This document shows, one piece after another, positions 63,676 to 64,000 of a stretch of 64,000 bases of DNA. Position numbers and translations under genes: made by a program. The stretch is from Eledone cirrhosa. Its lineage: Eukaryota. The DNA lies in contig OZ024746.1 in NCBI GenBank assembly GCA_964016885.1, forward strand, positions 32,922,001-32,986,000, in the 5' to 3' direction. The notes under the pieces are model-generated. The model searched no databases. It saw nothing but the letters and a program-made list of their open reading frames with translations, and was not told where the DNA came from. Each line of letters starts with the position of its first letter. Position 1 is the stretch's first letter.

Positions 63676-63816
63676 TACACACACACACACATATATATAT
63701 ATACACACTGAAACGTACGGATAGAAAAAGATTCACTATGGTGTCTAATAGGTATAATCCAACGAAATCACATTATTAGACAGGCACACACATACGCACA
63801 GACGCACATACACAGA

Positions 63817-63942
<126 letters not shown>

Positions 63943-64000
63943 CTGTATATATATATCGCAAATATATATATTTTTTTGTGTGTGTTTATATATATATATA

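Overview
AT-rich, microsatellite-saturated animal genomic DNA with no recognisable host protein-coding exon. The SINE sequences and (TA)n/(TATG)n/(AAT)n density suggest an octopus-like cephalopod; this is an inference. Nearly all long ORFs belong to decayed transposons. These are a near full-length Tx1/L1-clade LINE (821-6668, -) set in (AAT)n, four R4/Dong-type restriction-like-endonuclease LINEs plus one relic, RTE fragments and a bipartite non-autonomous RTE derivative, a complete 762-bp non-autonomous Helitron, internally deleted mariners, Penelope-like relics with minimal hammerhead ribozymes, and about 14 tRNA-derived SINE copies of at least two families. Of the four R4/Dong LINEs, two have (TAA)n tails and lie head-to-tail, and two sit in (CATA)n. 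Most remaining ORF calls are microsatellite translation artefacts, and there is a 200-N gap at 53210-53409. The main signal is apparent partitioning of microsatellite targets among retroelement families. It includes an (ATT)n-associated Tx1 LINE whose 3' end resembles the dominant SINE's tail (candidate LINE-SINE pair), a (CATA)n-associated R4 lineage, and hammerhead-bearing fold-back elements beside (TA)n. All identifications are by eye and motif recognition; no searches were run.
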